DNA of 64,000 bases from Eledone cirrhosa (Eukaryota): the NCBI GenBank assembly GCA_964016885.1, contig OZ024742.1:24118001-24182000 (forward strand), given 5' to 3'. The position numbers and the translations under genes were made by a program. The notes beneath the pieces are model-generated. The model saw only the letters and a list, made by a program, of their open reading frames with translations. It was not told the DNA's origin and did not search any database. Of this stretch, positions 26,875-42,327 are shown in pieces (positions within the stretch are counted from its first letter, which is position 1; each line of letters begins with the position of its first letter).

Positions 26875-28041
26875 GATATATATATACATACATATATATA
26901 TATATACATATGGAGGCACATGGCTTAGTGGTTAGAGCATTGGCCTTGCAATCGAAAGTTTGTGAGTTCAATAATAATAAGAACAACAATAATAATACGA
27001 CAACAATAACAATAATAATATACACATATATATATATATATATATACACACACGTACACACACACAAACATCTCTATACACACACGATAACAACTAACAG
27101 CGCTGCGATCGAATGTGGCTTTTTAGCCCAGCCAATGATCTAAAATATCTTGCACAGAGTCAGCAACCAAAACATTCACTGGGAATAGCCGGCTGTGTTT
27201 GGAGTGCATTTACTTTTGCATGTCGTTTGAGCGCTACTGCTGATTTACATTCTCTACCACATGCTTGGCAAATATGATGAGTAGCATCTCCAACAGTAGC
27301 CTGGTAGTCAACCACTGGTCTTACTTTATGACTGCGAAGATGACTTTCGAGTCCAGCTTTGCTTAGGCAGAGTCTCGCACAGACGCTGCATGTCAGCACC
27401 ATAGGAGGACCCTCGCCGTCTGGAAGTGCAACAGCAATGCCCTTCCTTACATCCCGCTTTACTTCTCGTATGCAATTCGAGATGCCTCAAAGGCAACTTT
27501 TCCCTCATATACAGTCTTTCTCCATTTATTACGATCAGCAGCAATATTTTCCCATGTATCAGCAGAGATGTTAGCGTCTTCCAAAGAGGCTTTCAAGGAA
27601 TCCTTATACCTCTTTTTTGGTTTATGTGGCGGTCGTTTTCCTTTAACTAACTCTCCATAAAAGAGATGTTTTGGTATTCTAGAATCCTTCATCCTGGCAA
27701 GGTGACCACTCCAACGGAGTCGTTGCTTAAGCACAAGAGTTTCTATACTGTCACGCATAGAGCTTTCCAAAATCTCGATATCACTGATATTTTCGTATAT
27801 TTTACCAGAGGAATCCTTATTTATATTTTACATTTACTTACATCTCAATACAACATGGCTAAAATTCAAATTTTGTAAAGAGAAGAAAACGTACAAATAA
27901 ACTAGATAATATACATATATATATATATACATACATATACATACATATATATACATATATATACATACATATACATACATATACATACATACATATACAT
28001 ACATATATTTACATACATATATATACATACATATACTTACA

Positions 28042-28072
<31 letters not shown>

Positions 28073-28087
28073 TATATATATACATAC

Positions 28088-28174
<87 letters not shown>

Positions 28175-28179
28175 CATAC

Positions 28180-28212
<33 letters not shown>

Positions 28213-28411
28213 CATACAGCTTCCAACAGAAATGGTCGCATTCTTTAAGGGTATGTCAATATTTATTTATAAAACTGATCTATATTTTATTTTATCTGAT
28301 GAAAGCACACCATAATTTAACTTGGTGTCCTTGGTGTACTTGTTGAGTGCTTTATATCAGTTATAAATATATTTGCTTGTTGTATCCCAACAATTTAAAT
28401 CGAACTTCTAC

Positions 28412-28444
<33 letters not shown>

Positions 28445-29288
28445 TATGGGGGCTGCCAACTCGTTTCCGAGTATGGCCACTACTTTATACCCCTGTAGGA
28501 GAACCCCTACTGATACGCTGAAGGAGTGTGACTTTTTAGTCCAGCTAGCGACTTGAAAACTCTGGTACAATCACTACACTTGTGCAATTACTCACACATA
28601 GTGCTGGGCCCATGGTACCATGTGACGACAAACGCAGAGAGATCTCCAGATATAAAGCAATACTTGTGCCATGAAGCTATTATAGTGAGCAAAGGCACTG
28701 CACAAAGCCAGTCCCACTCTCTTAACCAAGATGATATTTACCAAAAAGAATAACAACTCAACATCATTGGATACCATCAGGGTTGCAGGTGTTATATCAA
28801 AGTTTTCCTTCTCCTAGAATTCTGCCTTGACAAAGGCTAAGGGGTCATCTCTCCCGGTGATTTTGGATGGCCATTGACACTTAAGATATCCTTTGCCCTT
28901 TGACAGGTTTTGTTTTTAGTCCTGCAGGATGTCCAAAGTCACCCTCCTCACCAAGAAACCTTGGTGGGGTTGCCAGTTTAGTCGCCAACGACCCGATCAT
29001 GAGACAGGTTGTACTGGGATACATGTTACCAGTAGCACCAACTGGTGACCTGACATACATACATACATACATACATACATACATACATACACATACATAC
29101 ATACATACATACATATATACATATACATACAGACACACATATACATACATACACACATACATATATATATATATACATACATACACATATATATATATAT
29201 ACATACATACACACATACATATATATACATACATACATATATATACATATATATAGCACCAAGTGGTGACCTGACATATACATACATA

Positions 29289-29364
<76 letters not shown>

Positions 29365-29367
29365 TAT

Positions 29368-29412
<45 letters not shown>

Positions 29413-29445
29413 TATATACATACATATATATATATACATATATAT

Positions 29446-29512
<67 letters not shown>

Positions 29513-29516
29513 AATA

Positions 29517-29576
<60 letters not shown>

Positions 29577-29659
29577 CACACATACATATATATTTATATA
29601 TACATACATATATATATATATATATATACATACATACATACATACATATATATTTATAT

Positions 29660-29719
<60 letters not shown>

Positions 29720-29731
29720 TTATATATACAT

Positions 29732-29783
<52 letters not shown>

Positions 29784-29830
29784 AATGAATAATAACAGGG
29801 AGACATCATAAAAAGGTAATTTATTCCGTG

Positions 29831-29942
29831 TGCTTACAAGTGTTTCCACGGTGGTACTGCAGCCTAGTTTTGCTACGTGCAAATTCACAAGTACTTGCAG
29901 AACTCAAATATCCAATGCTGTGACCACTGTTTCCTCAGAGCA
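29831..29942 (-). ncRNA. Same hammerhead, copy 3
   Basis: Identical to 21719-21830; partial inverted copy follows at 30018-30069. Confidence 0.7.
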
Positions 29943-29975
29943 GTAACCATTACTACATCTTGGATAATCTTATAC

Positions 29976-30023
<48 letters not shown>

Positions 30024-30091
30024 AAGATTATCCAAGATGTAGTAATGGTTACTGCTCTGAGGAAACAGTAAATATATATATGAGAAACAGG

Positions 30092-30138
<47 letters not shown>

Positions 30139-30201
30139 CATATACATACATATATATATATATACATATATATACATACATATATATATATATACATACA
30201 T

Positions 30202-30232
<31 letters not shown>

Positions 30233-30560
30233 CATACATATACATACATATATATATATATACATACATATACATACATATATATATATATATATACATA
30301 TACATACATATATATATATATATATACATACATATACATACATATATATATATATATACATACATATATATATATATACATACATATACATACATATATA
30401 TATATATATACATACATATACATACATATATATATATATATACATACATATATATATATATATACATACATATACATACATATATATATATATACATACA
30501 TCCATATATATATATATACATACATATACATACATATATATATACATACATATACATACA

Positions 30561-30594
<34 letters not shown>

Positions 30595-30600
30595 CACACA

Positions 30601-30654
<54 letters not shown>

Positions 30655-30655
30655 C

Positions 30656-30688
<33 letters not shown>

Positions 30689-30689
30689 C

Positions 30690-30768
<79 letters not shown>

Positions 30769-30769
30769 C

Positions 30770-30810
<41 letters not shown>

Positions 30811-32020
30811 GATATATATATACATACATATATATATATATACATATGGAGGCACATGGCTTAGTGGTTAGAGCATTGGCCTTGCAATCGAAAGTTTGTG
30901 AGTTCAATAATAATAAGAAGAACAACAATAATAATACGACAACAATAACAATAATAATATACACATATATATATATATATATACACACACGTACACACAC
31001 ACAAACATCTCTATACACACACGATAACAACTAACAGCGCTGCGATCGAATGTGGCTTTTTAGCCCAGCCAATGATCTAAAATATCTTGCACAGAGTCAG
31101 CAACCAAAACATTCACTGGGAATAGCCGGCTGTGTTTGGAGTGCATTTACTTTTGCATGTCGTTTGAGCCCTACTGCTGATTTACATTCTCTACCACATG
31201 CTTGGCAAGCATGATGAGTAGCATCTCCAACAGTAGCCTGGTAGTCAACCACTGGTCTTACTTTATGACTGCGAAGATGACTTTCGAGTCCAGCTTTGCT
31301 TAGGCAGAGTCTCGCACAGACGCTGCATGTCAGCACCATAGGAGGACCCTCGCCGTCTGGAAGTGCAACAGCAATGCCCTTCCTTACATCCCGCTTTACT
31401 TCTCGTATGCAATTCGAGATGCCTCAAAGGCAACTTTTCCCTCATATACAGTCTTTCTCCATTTATTACGATCAGCAGCAATATTTTCCCATGTATCAGC
31501 AGAGATGTTAGCGTCTTCCAAAGAGGCTTTCAAGGAATCCTTATACCTCTCTTTTGGTTTATGTGGCGGTCGTTTTCCTTTAACTAACTCTCCATAAAAG
31601 AGATGTTTTGGTATTCTAGAATCCTTCATCCTGGCAAGGTGACCACTCCAACGGTGTCGTTGCTTAAGCACAAGAGTTTCTATACTGTCACGCATAGAGC
31701 TTTCCAAAATCTCGATATCACTGATATTTTCGTATATTTTACCAGAGGAATCCTTATTTATATTTTACATTTACTTACATCTCAATACAACATGGCTAAA
31801 ATTCAAATTTTGTAAAGAGAAGAAAACGTACAAATAAACTAGATAATATACATATATATATATATACATACATATACATACATATATATACATATATATA
31901 TATACATATACATACATATACATACATACATATACATACATATATTTACATACATATATATACATACATATACATACATATATATATACATACTTATATA
32001 TACATACATTATATATATAC

Positions 32021-32104
<84 letters not shown>

Positions 32105-32111
32105 ATATATA

Positions 32112-32163
<52 letters not shown>

Positions 32164-32359
32164 CATACAGCTTCCAACAGAAATGGTCGCATTCTTTAAG
32201 GGTATGTCAATATTTATTTATAAAACTGATCTATATTTTATTTTATCTGATGAAAGCACACCATAATTTAACTTGGTGTCCTTGGTGTACTTGTTGAGTG
32301 CTTTATATCAGTTATAAATATATTTGCTTGTTGTATCCCAACAATTTAAATCGAACTTC

Positions 32360-32397
<38 letters not shown>

Positions 32398-33052
32398 TAT
32401 GGGGGCTGCCAACTCGTTTCCGAGTATGGCCACTACTTTATACCCCTGTAGGAGAACCCCTACTGATACGCTGAAGGAGTGTGACTTTTTAGTCCAGCTA
32501 GCGACTTGAAAACTCTGGTACAAACACTACACTTGTGCAATTACTCACACATAGTGCTGGGCCCATGGTACCATGTGACGACAAACGAGGAGAGATCTCC
32601 AGATATAAAGCAATACTTGTGCCATGAAGCTTTTATAGTGAGCAAAGGCACTGCACAAAGCCAGTCCCACTCTTTTAACCAAGATGATATTTACCAAAAA
32701 GAATAACAAGTCAACATCATTGGATACCATCAGGGTTGCAGGTGTTATATCAAAGTTTTCCTTCTCCTAGAATTCTGCCTTGACAAAGGCTAAGGGGTCA
32801 TCTCTCCCGGTGATTTTGGATGGCCATTGACACTTAAGATATCCTTTGCCCTTTGACAGGTTTTGTTTTTAGTCCTGCAGGATGTCCAAAGTCACCCTCC
32901 TCACCAAGAAACCTTGGTGGGGTTGCCAGTTTAGTCGCCAACGACCCGATCATGAGACAGGTTGTACTGGGATACATGTTACCAGTAGCACCAACTGGTG
33001 ACCTGACATACATACATACATACATACATACATACATACATACATACATACA

Positions 33053-33086
<34 letters not shown>

Positions 33087-33316
33087 CATATACATACAGA
33101 CACACATATACATACATACACACATACATATATATATATATATACATACATACACATATATATATATATACATACATACACATATATATACATAGATCTA
33201 TATATATACATATATATATACATACATACATATATATATATACATACATACATACATACATATATATACATACATACATATATATACATATATATAGCAC
33301 CAAGTGGTGACCTGAC

Positions 33317-33408
<92 letters not shown>

Positions 33409-33486
33409 CATACATATATATATACATATATTATACATACATATATATATACATATATACATATATATATATATATTAATTGCGAG

Positions 33487-34740
33487 ATGAAATACTTGCC
33501 TCTGTCGACTGCAGTTGGCCAAATTCTCTGCGACGTCTCTTTGGACGTGCCTAGGCCCTTCGTTCCAGAGAATCATCGTCGGACCGTGTTTCTGGGATTA
33601 CATCGTATCTCGCATCCAGGATCTTCTGCCACAGCAAAGCTCATATCAGCTAGATACTTCTGGCCAAATATGAGGCGTGAAATTGCTGCTTGGTTTCGTT
33701 CCTGCGTCGCTTGCCAGAGATCAAAGGTCCATCGACATGTCAAGGCTCCCCTGGGTACTTTTGCTAATCTAGATGCGCGTTTTTCACATATTCCTATTGA
33801 CATAGTGGGACCTTGGCCTGTCAGCGATGGTTTTTCTTATCTGCTTACCGTCATTGACCGTTTTTCGAGATGGCCTGAGGCCAACCCCTTGAAAAACATC
33901 ACCGCGGAGACAACAGCACGTGCTCTGGTGTCTGGATGGATCTCTCGTTATGGAGTTCCATCCACAATAACTACCAACCGTGGACGACAGTTCGAGTCGA
34001 GTCTTTTCCTCGAGCTGTCAAAATTAATTGGTGTTAAACGCATTAGAACTACTGCGTACCATCCCGCTTCGAATGGTATGGTGGAGCGTTTTCACCGCCA
34101 ACTGAAGGCCTCCTTAATGGCCGCAATGGACTCGGCGCATTGGAGCGAGTACCTCCCTATTGTGCTACTAGGGATTCGGTCAACGGTGAAGGTCGACTTT
34201 GGATTTTTACCGGCCGAAGTACTGTACGGTGCCCCTCTGACGTTGCCCGGGCAAATGCTTGCCCCTATCGATCTTGATGCCCAAGATCACGCTTCCTACG
34301 TGTCCCGTTTGCGCTCCTATTTCCAGGATTTGCCGCCAATGGACACTAGGAAACAAACTGTCAAGACTGCTGTACCGAGGGATATTGCCTCGTGGACGCA
34401 TGTCTTTGTAAGGAAAGATTCTGTGAAGCCCCCGCTCACACAGCCTTACACTGGACCTTACCGTGTCTTAGCGCGCTCGGCTAAGCATTTCACGTTAGAT
34501 ATTAAGGGGTCCAGGGAGACAGTTACAATAGACAGGCTTAAGCATGCGCACCTTGACACGGACGCTGTGGTTCCTGATCCACGAACCCCTTCATATTTGC
34601 CTGTTGAGCGAACGACTGTTCCTGAACCACCATCATCGCCTGTCCCTACACCACCACCATCGCCACGTTACAAGGCCACGACCCGTTCAGGTCGTAGGGT
34701 CCACTGGCCCAAACAATTTTGCAGCACCGTCTATATTTAG
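33487..34740 (+). pseudogene. Gypsy/Ty3 integrase fragment (5'-truncated pol)
   Basis: H..SHPG...C..C zinc motif, [14 protein letters not shown] (second catalytic D replaced by N), [25 protein letters not shown] tail. Confidence 0.9.
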
Positions 34741-34970
34741 ACTATGTTAGCTGCACCTTTTTTTGCCTCTGTGTTTCTGTTTTATCTTTGCCTTTTTTTT
34801 ATGCATGCATGCTGTTTTTTTTTGTTTTTTTAAACATTTTTCAAATCCTTATTCTGGATTCAATTTTTGGTAGAGCGAATAGCTCCCCCTTGTTGCTTTG
34901 TTCGCCATCTTACTCCACATTTGAGTAATGACATCGATTTTCGATAATTTGAAAATCTGGCTCGAGGTAC

Positions 34971-35108
34971 TGTAGTAAGACGCCTCACGTCCCTTGATAA
35001 AACAACGCCGGTTGAGAACGCGAGAAAGAAAAGACAGATAGCCACTGGAAAGCCGACTGATCACACGCAAGAAACCAGCCTCTGTACCACATCATTGTTT
35101 GTGCTACA
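34971..35108 (+). mobile_element. Short 3' LTR of the Gypsy element
   Basis: TGTAG...CTACA termini ~230 bp downstream of the integrase stop. Confidence 0.65.
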
Positions 35109-35303
35109 TCAAAAATAAACGTATATTTCATCTCTAATTTCTGCTGTTGAAATCATTATTATGTCACTCGTATCTCGATAACATCTATAACTAATACTGC
35201 TAAATATTATACATACATATATATATACATATATATATATATTATACATACATATATATATATATATTATAATTATATATAAATATATATATATATATAT
35301 ATT

Positions 35304-35360
<57 letters not shown>

Positions 35361-35441
35361 TATATATATATACATATATATATATACATATATATATCAT
35401 ATATTATACATACATATATATATATATACATACATATATAT

Positions 35442-35487
<46 letters not shown>

Positions 35488-35497
35488 AATATATGTA

Positions 35498-37112
35498 CCA
35501 GTAAGAGGCACCATTGATGCCCTTTCCTTGTGAGGCAGTTACAGGAAAAGTACCTAGCTAAAAGTAAGCCAGTCTACTTGGAATTTTTCGACCTTGAGAA
35601 AGCCTTTGACAGAGTTCCCCGTGCTGTAATCTGGTGGGCTCTTAGAAAACTAGGAGTATATGAATGGCTTGTGAAACTGTACAATCCATGTATAGGGGAG
35701 CAGTCAGCAAAGTTAGGATTAGCAATGAGTATAGCGAGGAATTTAGCGTACAGGTTGGGGTCCACCAGGGCTCTGTTCTTATCCCCCTCCTGTTCATCAT
35801 AGTCCTGCAGGCAACAACGGAGGAGTTTAAGACAAGATGCCCATGGGAACACCTGTATGCTGATGACCTCGCACTTATAGCTGAATCTATGGTAGAACTA
35901 GAGAATAAATTCCAAACTTGGAAGCAGGGACTAGAAAGAAAGTGTCTCAAAGTCAACATGACAAAGACTAAGGTCCTTGTAAGTAGACGAGAAAACAGAA
36001 CCCAGATCCCCTCAGGGAAATGGCCTTGCTCAGTATGTAGGAAAAGTGTAGGTAGGAACTCCATTCTCTGCCCCAAATGCAAACAATGTGTACACAAGAG
36101 ATGTAGCGGGATCTCAGGAAGCTTAATTAAGAATGTAGGCTTCACATGCAGCAGCTGCGCTGGGACAGCAACCAGCAAACAGCCACAGGAAACAAGTACC
36201 ACCAATCTCTGGGAGGGCTCTGTAGAAACAGTAGACAGCTTCTGCTACCTAGGTGACCGAATTAGCAGCGGAGGTGGGTGTTCAGAAAGTACAATAACTA
36301 GGGTAAGAACGGGATGGAAGAAGTTTAGGGAACTACTACCACTGCTAGCTGCAAAAGGCTTCTCCCTCAGAATGAAAGGCAGACTGTATAATGCGTGTAT
36401 CCGAACAGCAATGTTGCATGGTCGTGAGACCTGGGCGCTGAAGGTGGAAGACTTACGTAGATTAGAGAGAAACGAAGCCTGCATGCTCCGATGGATGTGT
36501 AACAGTAATATACGTGAACGACAAAGCATGAATGAATTGAGAGAGAGACTGAGCATAAGAGGAATCAGATGCTGTGTGCAGGAGAGGCGGTTGCGCTGGT
36601 ATGGACATGTGATGCGTATGAAGATGACAGCTGCATAAAAAGGTGCAGAGCACTAGAAGTCGATGGAAACCGCGGAGTGGGGAGACCCAAGATGACCTGG
36701 GATGAGGTGATAAAAGCTGACCTTACCCAATTACACCTCTCAAAGGCAATGACACACGACCGTGACCTCTGGCGTCACGCAGTAATACAGTGTACCCGAC
36801 CTCCCATGGGTACAAGCTGAAGCATATAGAAAATATTCCCCCCTCCCTCCACCGCAAGGTGGTCGTGGAGGTGCCACGGCAAAAAAGCACCCAGCCCACA
36901 CTGTAAAGGGGACGTGTAGGCGCCACGAAAAAGCACCCAGCACTCGCTGTAAATAAGGTTGGTGTTACGAAGGGCTGTAGAAATCAAGCCAAATCAGTTC
37001 CTGTATGAGCAAGGCATGGTCAGCCGACCAGACACTGCCCACAACAGGACAACCCGTCTAACCCATGCTAGCGTGGAAGAACGGACGTAAAACGGTGATG
37101 ATGATGATGATG
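35498..37112 (+). mobile_element. RTE-clade LINE, 5'-truncated, frameshifted, intact 3' tail
   Basis: FDLEKAFDRVP, GVHQGS, LYADDL, CSVC..CPKC..HKRC, LRWYGHV; 3' end GGACGTAAAACGG(TGA)n. Confidence 0.9.
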
Positions 37113-37152
37113 ATATATATATATTATACATACATATATATATTATACATAC

Positions 37153-37206
<54 letters not shown>

Positions 37207-37372
37207 CATACATATATATATACATATATATATATATTATACATATATATATATATATATATATATATTATACATACATTTATATATACATATATATATA
37301 TATATATATTATACATACATATATATATATATACATATATATATATATTATACATATATATATTATACATTC

Positions 37373-37405
<33 letters not shown>

Positions 37406-37428
37406 ATTATACATATATATATATATAT

Positions 37429-37467
<39 letters not shown>

Positions 37468-37793
37468 TATACATACATATATATAGACATATATATATAT
37501 ATATATTATACATACATATATATATATATATATTATACATACATATATATATACATATCACGATAAATTAACGGAGGCATAGGCCGTCGTTATTCTCTGT
37601 AAATAATGTGCTCAAAGGGGAAGAGATCCTGAGCCCTTTAAAATATAATATTATATATACATATATATACATATATATATACATACATATATGAGATCCT
37701 GAGCCCTTTAAAATATAATATTATATATACATACATATTATATATACATATATATATATATTATACATATATATATATATATATATATATATT

Positions 37794-37825
<32 letters not shown>

Positions 37826-37915
37826 CATACATATATATATATATATTATACATATATATATATATATACATATATATAATATAAGATCAAAAGATGGTTA
37901 AAGGAGTTCCATATA

Positions 37916-37982
37916 TTTTATTATGCGCATTTCAAAAACAAACATCATCAAGCAATAATATTTGTGTTTTCATCAGATAAAA
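37916..37982 (-). ncRNA. Mirror-image hammerhead in the left palindrome arm
   Basis: Exact reverse complement of 38112-38178. Confidence 0.8.
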
Positions 37983-38111
37983 CAGGAGAACATGATATGA
38001 AGGCTAAAAAAACACTTGTTGATAGTGCAGTTTTAAATCAACATATGATATGTTGATTTAAAACTGCACTATCAACAAGTGTTTTTTTAGCCTTCATATC
38101 ATGTTCTCCTG

Positions 38112-38178
38112 TTTTATCTGATGAAAACACAAATATTATTGCTTGATGATGTTTGTTTTTGAAATGCGCATAATAAAA
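38112..38178 (+). ncRNA. Type I hammerhead ribozyme in the right palindrome arm
   Basis: ttttat-CTGATGA-aaacacaaat...atgtttgttttt-GAAA-tgcgca-TA-ataaaa; palindromic stem III. Confidence 0.8.
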
Positions 38179-38530
38179 TATATGGAACTCCTTTAACCAT
38201 CTTTTGATCTTATATTATGCATACTCCAGTCCCACAAACTGTAGAGTGCTTCTTATCCGATATCTGCATTGCTTTATTGTACTACAATAAAACTCACCTC
38301 CTACATATATATATATAATATATATTATACATATATATATATATATATTATACATACATATATATATATATATTATACATATATATATATATATATACAT
38401 ATATATGTATATATATGTACATATACATACATACATACACATATATATGTATATATATGTACATATACATACATACATACATATATATATATACATACAT
38501 ATTTATATATACATACATATATATATATAC

Positions 38531-38798
<268 letters not shown>

Positions 38799-38804
38799 CA
38801 TATT

Positions 38805-38838
<34 letters not shown>

Positions 38839-38845
38839 ACATATT

Positions 38846-38892
<47 letters not shown>

Positions 38893-38960
38893 CATATTTA
38901 TATATATATACATATATATATTACATATTTATATATATATACATATATATATTACATATT

Positions 38961-39001
<41 letters not shown>

Positions 39002-39009
39002 TACATATT

Positions 39010-39054
<45 letters not shown>

Positions 39055-39122
39055 CATATTTATATATATATACATATATATATTACATATTTATATATAT
39101 ATACATATATATATTACATATT

Positions 39123-39160
<38 letters not shown>

Positions 39161-39182
39161 TTACATATTTATATATATATAC

Positions 39183-39222
<40 letters not shown>

Positions 39223-39243
39223 TACATATTTATATATACATAC

Positions 39244-39280
<37 letters not shown>

Positions 39281-39791
39281 CATATATCTATACATATATA
39301 TATATATACATATATATGTACATACATACATATATCTATATATTGTTGTTAATATGCTAAAATAATAGTCAATTGCAAGCATTTTGGAGGTTGGATTAGT
39401 TGATAGGACATAAAAAAAAAATTTAAAACAAATATTGTCTATATGTTCCTGTGGAAAGTCGGGTCTTCTGCATTACTGCATGACGCCAGACGTCATGGTC
39501 GTGTGTCACTGCCCTTGAGAGGTGCAATTGGGAAAGGTCGGCTTAGAAATATTTACTTCTGCATTCACAGATTGATTTTTTTAGTTTCAGAAGATCCCAT
39601 TAAGGATGAAAGCAGCCGATTCTTTGCTTAAACTTTAATCTGTTATTTTAATAAATATATGTTCTATGATTCTTATATATTTGTTATATATTTATCCCTA
39701 TCGAGCCCTCTTTGGATTTTAGACTTCACATGTATTATTATTACTATATATATATATATATTATGTATATATATTTGTTTATATATATGTG

Positions 39792-39849
<58 letters not shown>

Positions 39850-39851
<2 letters not shown>

Positions 39852-40170
39852 CTGCTCCCAGCTGTGGTCACCCCATAGTATCAAACTAACAATGTAGCTT
39901 GAAGCAATCCAACAAAGCTACACCAAGATTGCCATGATGAAGGAGCTAAACTACTGGGTGAGTCTAAAAGAACTGAAACTCTACTCCTTGGAATGAAGAC
40001 GGGAGAGATATGCAATGATATACATATGGAAAATCCTGGGGGGGACTAAGACCAAACTTTCGCATTGAGAGCTGGACCAATTCTCGGGTGGTATCAAAGG
40101 TCCCGTCTTCCACATTTAGAATCAGGAGTAGCTATTGCAATAGCCTGGGGTTCATAGGCCCTCAACTTGG
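39850..40170 (+). mobile_element. Old CR1-like LINE 3' fragment
   Basis: CSQLWSPH..LEAIQ..YTK and LKLYSLE.RRERY..IYIWKIL readable across stops. Confidence 0.7.
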
Positions 40171-40237
40171 TTTTCAAAATTTAAATTTGTGTTTCCTATT
40201 CATCAATGCTTCAAGCATGCTATAAAACTGTTATATT

Positions 40238-40590
40238 TCATCATCATCATTTTATGTCAGTTCTTCTACGCTAGCATGGGTTGTCCTGATGTGGGCAGTG
40301 TCCGGTCGGCTGACCGTGTCTTGCTCATACGGGAACTGATTCTGTATTGATTTCTACAGCTGGATGCCCTTCCTAACATCAACCTCATTTACAGTGAGTG
40401 CTGGGTGTTTTTCTTTTTGCCGTAGCACCTCCATGACCACTTTGCAGTGGAATGATAGGGACCCCAGTCCTATCATCTCATTTCTACAGCAGAGTAAATT
40501 GGAGCAATGTGAAATAAAGTGTCTTGCTCAAGGAAACAACACATCACCCGGTCCGAGAATTGAACTCACAACCTTTCAATTGCAAGCCCA
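40238..40590 (-). mobile_element. CORE-type SINE, head-truncated
   Basis: Matches 1374-1723 and 58539-58926. Confidence 0.8.
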
Positions 40591-40594
40591 CAGG

Positions 40595-41557
40595 GGACCA
40601 TGTCTTGCTCATAAAGAACTGATTTTGGCTTGGATTCTACAGCTGGATGCCCTTCCTAATGCCAAGCTCATTTACAGTGAGTACTGGGTGCTTTTTGTCG
40701 TGATACCTCCACGACTACTTTACAGTGTGGACTGGGTGTTTTTTACCGTGTCACCAACACGACCACTTTACAGTGTTTCGGCCTGTTCTTATGAAAGATA
40801 TATGGGAGGGTGGGATGGAGTGGTGCATACTGTATGTATGTTTCAGCCTTGGCCTGGGCCCGTGGGAAGTTGGGGTTTCTGTATTACCTCATAACCCCAG
40901 AGATCTTGGTCCTGTGTCATTGCTTTTCAGAGGTGCAATTGGGCAAGGTCGGCTTTTATCACTTCATCTCAAGTCTTTCTGGGACTTTATGTAGGTGTCT
41001 TCCTTCATACGAATCACATGTCCATACCAACATAATCTCCTCTCCTGCACACAACATTTGATTCCTCTTATGCCTAGTTTCTCTTTCAGTTTGTTTATGC
41101 TTTGCTGTTCGCGTATATTACTATTACACATCCATCGGAGCATACAAGCTTCATTCCTTTCTAATCTACACAAGTCTTCTACACACAGCGCCCAGCTCTC
41201 ACTACCATGCAACATTGCCGTTCATATGCACACATCATACAGTCTACCTTTTATTCTGAGGGAAAAGCCTTTTGTATTCAGCTGTGGCAGTAGCTTCCTC
41301 AACTTCTTCCATCCCATTCATACCCCCCCCCCCCACCTCCGCTGCTAATTCGGTATTGTTTTTACCAAGTCCTCCCAGACTTTTATGTCACTTGTTTTCA
41401 GTGATTGTTTGCTGTTTAGTGTCCTGGTGCAATTGCTACATGTAAATCCTACATTCTTAACTAAACTTCCTGAGATCCCACTACATCTCTTGTGTACCCA
41501 TAGTTTGCATATGGGGCAGAGGATGGAGTTTCTACCTACACCTCTCCTACATAATGA
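40595..41557 (-). mobile_element. RTE LINE fragment, same family as 35498-37112
   Basis: GRNSILCPICKLWVHKRCSG; LERNEACMLRWMC; RLCWYGHV; three tail subrepeats. Confidence 0.85.
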
Positions 41558-41612
41558 GCACACACACACACACACATATATATATATACACACACTCACA
41601 TATATATATATA

Positions 41613-42292
41613 CTAGCCGAATTACCAGCGCCTTACTGCGTTTCACACATTTTTTTTGTAAGAAAAACTCTGCATTTCAATATTACTCAATGTAAAATGT
41701 AATGCATGAAAAATTGGAAAACATTATTTTTGGTAATATATCAAATCAAAATTACATTATTTCATCTTATTCTTATTTTGTTTCTTGTAAATAATTTTTT
41801 TCAAAATATCAATACAAAACTTTTGTGAATAGGCATCATATCTTGTCATTTACCTATGGTTTAGGTTTCATATAAATCGAAGGGGAAACGTTTTTAGCGG
41901 GGTTTGTGCCCCCGGGGAACCCTAATAGGGGGTTTAACCACCATTATGGTGTCTTAATAGTATTGAAATTTTCTGAATAGGCATCATATTTTGTCATTTA
42001 ACTATGGTTTAAACCTCATATAAATCGAAGGGAAAAAGTTTTCAGCGGGGGTTTATGCCCCCCCCCCCCCTGGAACCCTAATAGGGGGGTTTAACTCCCA
42101 TTAAGGTCTTTGATAAAAATTAAATATACTTATCCAAGTACCCTGGGCAATGTAGTTTCAGAATATATATGGTTATGGTGTCTATCTCCAAAACCATAGG
42201 AAAATTCGTGAAATCTTGTTCCATTTATTGGCCAAACTTTTCACTATAGGGCGTTTAACCCCCATTAGGGTGTCTTAATATTATCGAAATTT
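41613..42292 (-). mobile_element. Possible non-autonomous Helitron 3' end with internal tandem repeats
   Basis: Minus strand ends ...CGCAGTAAGGCGCTGGTAATTCGGCTAG before T; ~150-bp repeat at 41825/41973. Confidence 0.4.

Positions 42293-42327
<35 letters not shown>

Larger units (their letters stand above)
37876..38218. repeat. Perfect palindrome, 171-bp arms with a 1-nt spacer at 38047
   Basis: 37876-38046 is the exact reverse complement of 38048-38218. Confidence 0.95.

Noticed and set aside
39585-39630. Hammerhead-like CAGAAGA-tccc...ggat-GAAA
   Set aside because: Core mutated and stems I/III not recoverable; the downstream segment recurs at ~51470-51560, so possibly an old PLE end
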